NCBI GenBank assembly: GCA_965223415.1
Contig: OZ245002.1
Location: 4,768,001 to 4,832,000, forward strand
Direction of reading: 5' to 3'
From: Myxococcota bacterium
GTDB lineage: Bacteria > Myxococcota_A > UBA9160 > UBA6930
Length of the DNA: 64,000 bases
Positions 58,226-64,000 of the stretch are shown piece by piece. The position numbers and the translations under genes were made by a program. Each line of letters starts with the position of its first letter. Position 1 is the stretch's first letter. Below the pieces are notes generated by a model that worked only from the letters and a program-made list of their open reading frames with translations, made no database searches and was not told the DNA's origin.

Positions 58226-59224
58226 TCAGGACGCCCGAAGGGAGCCCCGGCTCTCTTCGGGCGTCTCGCGTTGGGGCGACGGCTCGCCCTCCTCCAGCCA
58301 CGCGGCGACGCTGCGCTCGATCGCCGCTCGCTCGTCCGGATGGAACCATCGGGCTCCGGCCACGCCGCGCATCCACGTGCGCTGGCGCCGTGCGAGCTGG
58401 CGCGTGTCGTGCTGCATCGCGGCCAGCACGTGGGCCAGGATCTCGCGGCCCTCGATCACCGGCTGCATGTGGCGGTAGCCGATGGCGCGCATCGAGGACA
58501 GCTCGGGGCCGTAGCCGCGCTCGCGGAGCGACCGCACCTCCTGCAGCAGGCCACCCGCGATCATCTCCTCGCAGCGCCGATCGATGCGCGCCACGAGCTC
58601 GTCGCGGCCGGGGTCGATGACCAGGTACAGGGCACGCTCCCGGTGCACCGGTCCCGCCCTCCGGACGGCGGACGCCGGCCGGCCGCTCGCCTGGGTGAGC
58701 TCGATGGCGCGGATCAGGCGCACCTGGTCGTTGGGGTGCAGTCGGCCCGCGCTCTCCGGATCGAGCTCCGCCAGACGCCGGTGGAGCGCCGTCGCGTCGC
58801 CCGCGTCCCGGGCGGCCCGATCGAAGGCCTCGAGCTCGGCCCGCAGCTCCGGATCCCGCGGCACCGAAGCCGGGAGCCCCTCGAGGAACGCCCGCACGTA
58901 GAGACCGGTCCCGCCGACCAGGAAGATCGGCCGGCCCCGTGCGCGGATGCGAGCGGCGGCCTCCCGGGCGTCCGCTTCGAAACGGGCCGCGTGGTACTGC
59001 ACCTCGGGCGTCACCACGTCGATGACATGATGGGGGACCCGCGCCCTCTCCTCGGCGCTCGGCTTCGCCGTGCCGACGTCCATGAAGCGGTAGACCTGCT
59101 GGGAATCCGCGTTCACGATCTCGCCGCCGAAGCGCAGCGCCAGCTCGATGGCGAGCGCGGTCTTGCCTGCGGCCGTGGGCCCGGCCACGACGACGAGATC
59201 GGGGAGGTTCGGCCGCGTCCGCAC
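58226..59224 (-). CDS. miaA: tRNA dimethylallyltransferase
   Basis: GPTAAGKT, DSQQVY..GTAKP, VGGTGLY, AIGY, RQRTW. Confidence 0.96.
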   Translation of the reverse strand: MRTRPNLPDLVVVAGPTAAGKTALAIELALRFGGEIVNADSQQVYRFMDVGTAKPSAEERARVPHHVIDVVTPEVQYHAARFEADAREAAARIRARGRPIFLVGGTGLYVRAFLEGLPASVPRDPELRAELEAFDRAARDAGDATALHRRLAELDPESAGRLHPNDQVRLIRAIELTQASGRPASAVRRAGPVHRERALYLVIDPGRDELVARIDRRCEEMIAGGLLQEVRSLRERGYGPELSSMRAIGYRHMQPVIEGREILAHVLAAMQHDTRQLARRQRTWMRGVAGARWFHPDERAAIERSVAAWLEEGEPSPQRETPEESRGSLRAS

Positions 59225-59271
59225 GGCGCAGACGGTAGGCGTCGGACGCGCGCGCCGCGAGCGCGGCGCCC

Positions 59272-61188
59272 CTAACGTCGGCCGAAGCGACGCTCGATCT
59301 CGGCGATCGAGAGCGGCGTGGCGACCGGGCGTCCGTGGGGACAGGTCGGGGCCCACGGGATGGCGTCGAGGGCGTCGAGGAGCGCCCGCTGCTCGCCCTC
59401 CGGGAGCACATCGCCGGCCCGCCGCGCGGAGTGACAGGCGAGGGTGGCGAACAGGTGGTCGGCCGCATCGAGCACCCGCGTGCCGGGCTCGAGGGCCGTT
59501 CCTACCCGGTCGGCCTCTCGCAGCTCGTCGGCGAGCCCGCGCAGGAGGCCCAGGGGATCGCGGTCGGCGAGCAGCGCCGGAACCGCCCGGACCACCAGCG
59601 CGCTCTCGCCGAAGGCCTCCACCTCGAAGCCGAGAGCGAGGGTGAGCTCGGTGTGGGCGGCCACGACGGCGGCGGCCCCGGCCTCCATCTCCACCGTGGC
59701 CGGCACCAGCAGGGCCTGCCGCTCGACACCGCCCTCGAGCCAGGAGGCCCGCAGGTGCTCGTAGAGGACGCGTTCGTGGGCGGCATGCTGGTCGATCAGC
59801 AGGAGCCCCTCCTTGTCCTCGGCGAGCAGGTAGGTGCCAAGGAGCTGGCCGACCAGCCGCACGTCGGAGAAGCGAACCGGGCGCGTGTCGGCGACCGTCT
59901 CGTCGCCCGTCGAGGGCGGGGGCGAGGCGAAGAGCCAGTCGCCCGGCCCCGCGGCTACCCCGGGCAGCGTGCTCCCGGACGCCGGACGTCCGCCGTCGCG
60001 GATCGGACTTCTCGTCCCGGGCGACGGCTTCCACGGCGGCGACGAGACGCCCTCCCCTACGGTCGTCGCGCCGTCCGCGCGGTCCTCGGCGGCGAGCCAG
60101 CTGCGGCCCTCGATGGCGTCGCGCACGGTGCGGCGGATCAGCTGGTGCACCGCCTGGGGGTCGGAGAAGCGAACCTCCCACTTGGCGGGGTGGACGTTCA
60201 CGTCCACCAGCTCTGGGCCCACCTCCAGGAAGAGGATCGCGCTGGGGAACCGGCCGCGAGGCAGGATATCCCGATACACCTGGAGCAGGGCGTGGCGCAG
60301 CAGGCGATCGCGCACGGGGCGATCGTTCACGAACAGGTGGATCCCGGCGCCGGTCGCCCGGTGGTGCTCCGGCCCTGAGACCAGCGCGCGGAGGGCGAGG
60401 TCTCCGTGATCCCGCTCCGCGGCCACCAAGCCGGCGGCGACCTCTTCGCCGAGCACGGCGGCCGCGCGATCGAGGCGGTCCTCGCAGGCGGGCCAGGCCA
60501 GGGCCGGCCGATCGTCGCGCTGGACGTCGAAGTGGATGGCCGGGAGCGCGAGGGCGGCGCGGGCCAGCCAGTCGCTGATGTGTCCCCACTCGGTGGAGGC
60601 GCGCTTCAGGAACTTGCGGCGGGCCGGAACGCCCTCGAACAGGTCCGCGACCTCGACCCGGGTGCCCTCGGACCCGCCGGCGGCCCGCTCCTCCACCAGG
60701 ACGCCCCGCTCGACGCGGAGCTCACAGCCCTCTTCCGCTCCCCGGGCCCGGGTGCGCAGCCGGAGGCGCGAGACGGAGGCGATCGCCGGCAGCGCCTCGC
60801 CGCGGAACCCGAAGCTCCGGACGCCCTGGAGGTCGCCGAGCTCTCGCAGCTTGCTGGTGGCGTGGCGCTCGAGGGCGAGTCGGGCGTCTGCCCGGGTCAT
60901 GCCGCGGCCGTCGTCGGTGACGGCGACGAGCCGGGCTCCGCCGTCGCGGATCTCGACCCGGATGCGCCGTGCTCCCGCGTCGACCGCGTTCTCGACCAGC
61001 TCCTTCACCACCGAGGCCGGGCGCTCGACGACCTCGCCTGCGGCGATCTGGTCCACCAGGGCGCTGGGCAGCCGCTGGACAGGGGCCGACCTCCCGGGCG
61101 ACGTCCCCTGGCGACCCGAATGCGAGGCGTCTGCGGAAGTCCCCTCCTCCGCTAGCCTCGGAGAGGGCTTCTGGGGCCCCTGAGACAC
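59272..61188 (-). CDS. mutL: DNA mismatch repair endonuclease MutL
   Basis: IAAGEVVERP, GFRGEAL, DVNVHP, DQHAAHER, CPHGRP. Confidence 0.97.
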   Translation of the reverse strand: MSQGPQKPSPRLAEEGTSADASHSGRQGTSPGRSAPVQRLPSALVDQIAAGEVVERPASVVKELVENAVDAGARRIRVEIRDGGARLVAVTDDGRGMTRADARLALERHATSKLRELGDLQGVRSFGFRGEALPAIASVSRLRLRTRARGAEEGCELRVERGVLVEERAAGGSEGTRVEVADLFEGVPARRKFLKRASTEWGHISDWLARAALALPAIHFDVQRDDRPALAWPACEDRLDRAAAVLGEEVAAGLVAAERDHGDLALRALVSGPEHHRATGAGIHLFVNDRPVRDRLLRHALLQVYRDILPRGRFPSAILFLEVGPELVDVNVHPAKWEVRFSDPQAVHQLIRRTVRDAIEGRSWLAAEDRADGATTVGEGVSSPPWKPSPGTRSPIRDGGRPASGSTLPGVAAGPGDWLFASPPPSTGDETVADTRPVRFSDVRLVGQLLGTYLLAEDKEGLLLIDQHAAHERVLYEHLRASWLEGGVERQALLVPATVEMEAGAAAVVAAHTELTLALGFEVEAFGESALVVRAVPALLADRDPLGLLRGLADELREADRVGTALEPGTRVLDAADHLFATLACHSARRAGDVLPEGEQRALLDALDAIPWAPTCPHGRPVATPLSIAEIERRFGRR

Positions 61189-61304
61189 GCTCGTCCCCCC
61201 GGAGAGCGAGTGTGCCTGGGGGGTCCTCCCCCGTCAACTCGCAAATTGGTTGACAATCCTCTCGGTTTTCCAATAGTTTTGCCGTCCGTGGGAGGGGTGG
61301 CCAG

Positions 61305-62309
61305 ATGACCAGTATGACGACCCGGATCCATGGGGCGGACACCGACCGCACCGGGACGAGGGGTGAAGACCAGGCGATGCAGTCGGAGCCTGCAGGGCGA
61401 AGGCGCGAGGATCGGATCGTGGGCGCCAGCGAGGCCACGCGGCGACTCATCGCCCAGGCGACGGCGGCCGCGCGCAGCGACCTGCCGGTGTGGCTCGTCG
61501 GCCCTCCCGGCTCGGACATGGAGCTGGTCGCCCGGGCCATCCACAGCTGGGGCCCGCGCGGCTCCCGGGAGCTGGAGGTGTTGGTGTGCAGCGCCATCCC
61601 GGAGGCCCTCCAGGGTCGCGAGCTGTTCGGCTGCGGGGCCGGCGTGTATCCGGCCGTCCCCGGCGAGTATGCCGGCGCTCTCGAGCGCGGTGCCGGGAGC
61701 AGCCTGCTCCTGCTCGACATCGAGGCCCTGCGCAGCGAAGTGCTCCAGAGCCTCCTGCGCGCCGTCTCGGGCCGCAGCTTCCGCCGCGAAGGGGATGCCA
61801 CCGACCGGCCGCTGAGCGCGCGCATGATCGCAGCGGGCAACGGCACCGTGGCGGCACCGGCCGGCGACGGGGCGGGCCACGAGATCCGCATCCCCGCCCT
61901 TTCCGAGCGGCGCGAGGACATTCTGCCCCTGGCCGCCCACTACCTGCGTGCCTTCTCCGAGGAGGCGGGCGTGACCCCGGTAGGCTTCACCGCCGACGCC
62001 CGGGCGTGCCTGGAGACCGAGCTCTTCCCCGGCGACGTGGCGGAGCTGCGCGAGCGGGTCCGCCAGGCCATCGCCCTGTCGGCCGGTGGCGCCCTTTCCG
62101 CCGAGGCGCTGATGCTCGCGAAGGACGCGGAGGAAGTGCCCTCCTTCAAGGAAGCCAAGCGCGCCTTCGAGACCCGCTACGTGGTGGGCCTGCTGCGCCG
62201 CTGCCGCGGCAACATCAGCCGGGCGGCGCGCCTGGCCAAGAAGGACCGCAAGGACTTCTACGACGTGATCCGTCGCACCGGCGTCGACCCCTCGGAGTTC
62301 CGCCCCTAG
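61305..62309 (+). CDS. sigma54-activator-like AAA+/Fis-HTH regulator with degenerate motifs
   Basis: LVARAIH, ELFG, ERREDI, FPGDVAEL, GNISRAARLA; no receiver domain. Confidence 0.85.
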   Translation: MTSMTTRIHGADTDRTGTRGEDQAMQSEPAGRRREDRIVGASEATRRLIAQATAAARSDLPVWLVGPPGSDMELVARAIHSWGPRGSRELEVLVCSAIPEALQGRELFGCGAGVYPAVPGEYAGALERGAGSSLLLLDIEALRSEVLQSLLRAVSGRSFRREGDATDRPLSARMIAAGNGTVAAPAGDGAGHEIRIPALSERREDILPLAAHYLRAFSEEAGVTPVGFTADARACLETELFPGDVAELRERVRQAIALSAGGALSAEALMLAKDAEEVPSFKEAKRAFETRYVVGLLRRCRGNISRAARLAKKDRKDFYDVIRRTGVDPSEFRP

Positions 62310-62311
62310 AA

Positions 62312-62392
62312 AACGCAAGAGTGGGGACGTTCCTTGCATCTTGCGTTCTCTCGAAGAACGCAAGATGCAAGGAACGTCCCCACTCTTGCGTT
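62312..62392. repeat. REPIN-like perfect inverted pair (38-bp arms, 5-nt loop)
   Basis: AACGCAAGAGTGGGGACGTTCCTTGCATCTTGCGTTCT and its exact reverse complement, between convergent genes. Confidence 0.9.
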
Positions 62393-62413
62393 CGCGATCT
62401 TGGGTTCTTGGCG

Positions 62414-63781
62414 TCAGACGGTCCACTCGGGCGGGGCGGCGGCTTCGATGGTGGCGCGCTCGTCCTCGTAGCCCTCCCGGCCGATGAGGGCGAAGGCGGC
62501 GACTTTGCCGTCCTCGACGCCGGGCTGGTCGTAGGCGTTCACGCCGTAGAGGGCGGCCTGGTAGGCGGTCTGGGTCTCGAACGCGACGAGGAGCTGGCCG
62601 AGTCCGGACGGCGCGATCTCCGGCAGGCGCCAGGCGAGCGAGGGACGCCCGGCCCGCGCGAGGGCCACGGCCGTGCCGCGCTGCTCGGCCCGCAGCAGCG
62701 CACCCAGCTCGACGCCGTCGAGGTAGCCGGCGGGACCGTCGCCGGGGATCCGCAGCCCACGGCGATCGGAGTCGGTGCTCACGAAGCACACCAGCTTGTC
62801 CGGCGGCCCTGCGACGAAGAGCTGCACCTGGGAGTGCTGGTCCGTGGTCCCCCTCGCCGGAAGCGGCGTCGGGCCGACCCCGCGCCGCCCCTTCCGCTTG
62901 CCCAGGCTCTCGCCGCAGAGCTGCACGTACCAGCGGGCGAGCGGCTCGAGCGCATCGGCGTAGGGCATCATCACCTGCACGGGCTTGCCCTTGCGCTCCG
63001 CCATCAGGAAGGACACGGCCGCCGCCACGGCCGCCGGGTTCTCGGCGAGAGCCGCCTTGGAGAGCCTCCGCGCCATGCGCCGTCCGCCGGCCACGAGTCC
63101 CTCCACGTCCACCCCGGCCACCGCCGGCGTGAACAGACCGCTGCTGGTGAGGGCCGAGAAGCGCCCGCCGACCTCGTCCGGGAAGGGCAGGATGGGCATG
63201 CCCGCCTCTCGGGCCACGCGCTCGAGCGCGCCCCGACCGGTCGTCGCCACGCAATGCCGCTGCCAGCCGGCACCTACGCGCCGTTCGAGAGCCGCCCGCA
63301 CGATCTGGAAGCCCGCCGCGGTCTCCACCGTGCTGCCGGATTTCGACACCACGTGCACGAGGGCCTTGCGCAGGTCCACCCACTCGAGCAGCGCCCCCAG
63401 GCTCTCCGGGTCGACGTTGTCGACGAAGTGCAGCCGCGGCCCGCCGCGACGCTTCCTGGGCAGCAGGTTGTGCTGCGGGTGGGCAAGCGCGCGCGCGATC
63501 GCCTCGGCGCCGAGGGACGACCCGCCGATTCCGATGTGGATCAGGTCCTCGAAGCCCCGCCGGCGCTGACGTGCCGCCTCGCGGACGATGCCCTGCAGGA
63601 GCGCTCGCCGTCCGAGGACGCGCAGGAACCCGGAGGGCGCCTCTCTTCCAAGGAGCTCCGGCACGACGGGCGCGAGCCTCGGAAGGACCCGTGTGACCTC
63701 GCCACGGGACACGCCGTGGGCGCGCTCGAGCGGCGGGGCCAGCGCACCGCCGACCTCGAGACGAATGTCCTCTCTGCTCAT
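62414..63781 (-). CDS. pgi: glucose-6-phosphate isomerase
   Basis: GIGGSSLG, SKSGSTVET, VGGRFS, ESLGK, DQHS, YDQPGVE.GK. Confidence 0.96.
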   Translation of the reverse strand: MSREDIRLEVGGALAPPLERAHGVSRGEVTRVLPRLAPVVPELLGREAPSGFLRVLGRRALLQGIVREAARQRRRGFEDLIHIGIGGSSLGAEAIARALAHPQHNLLPRKRRGGPRLHFVDNVDPESLGALLEWVDLRKALVHVVSKSGSTVETAAGFQIVRAALERRVGAGWQRHCVATTGRGALERVAREAGMPILPFPDEVGGRFSALTSSGLFTPAVAGVDVEGLVAGGRRMARRLSKAALAENPAAVAAAVSFLMAERKGKPVQVMMPYADALEPLARWYVQLCGESLGKRKGRRGVGPTPLPARGTTDQHSQVQLFVAGPPDKLVCFVSTDSDRRGLRIPGDGPAGYLDGVELGALLRAEQRGTAVALARAGRPSLAWRLPEIAPSGLGQLLVAFETQTAYQAALYGVNAYDQPGVEDGKVAAFALIGREGYEDERATIEAAAPPEWTV

Positions 63782-63811
63782 GCTCCCCCCGCCTCGTGTA
63801 GCATGCCCGCC

Positions 63812-64000
63812 ATGCTGCGGGTGGGCGTCCTCCAGATGCGCTCCACCGACGACCTCGCGGGCAACCTCGCCGCCGCCGAGGCGCTGGTGGACGAGGCGGC
63901 GCGCGGCGGCGCATCCTGGATCGCGTTGCCGGAAAACTTCGCTTATCTGCGGCGGGAAGGCACGCCGTTCCCCTGCGCCCAGGGCGTGGACGGCGAGATC
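63812..64000 (+). CDS. carbon-nitrogen hydrolase (nitrilase family), partial
   Basis: Manual translation MLRVGVLQMRSTDDLAGNL..AARGGASWIALPENF. Confidence 0.88.
   Translation, partial: MLRVGVLQMRSTDDLAGNLAAAEALVDEAARGGASWIALPENFAYLRREGTPFPCAQGVDGEI

Overview
High-GC bacterial chromosome segment (gene content suggests Myxococcota/deltaproteobacterial lineage; inference). Three parts. (1) 1-10310: a decayed island abutting the 3' end of an initiator tRNA-Met, with a truncated large serine recombinase split by an IS21 element, a second IS21, the start of an IS630, a large secreted beta-helix protein and a pair of structured ~76-bp direct repeats. (2) 10.5-47 kb and 55.3-64 kb: core genes (tgt, queA, Slt, PfkB kinase, UDP-GlcNAc pyrophosphorylase, der, miaA, mutL, pgi) and an MSHA-type IV pilus locus with an inverted beta-helix MshQ-like gene. 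(3) 47086-55238: an IS1-family cargo transposon, defined by imperfect IRs and an 8-bp target duplication, inserted 5 bp from the XerD arm of a canonical dif site (55244-55271). It carries an RHH-like regulator, a putative RNase toxin/DUF2283 pair, two unknown genes and a promoter-preceded non-coding region ending in a non-canonical tRNA-like cloverleaf (UUA at the anticodon position). It was later hit by IS21-A, itself hit by IS21-B. This dif-adjacent transposon and its tRNA-like RNA are the best candidates for an undescribed system. All calls are by eye; no searches were run.
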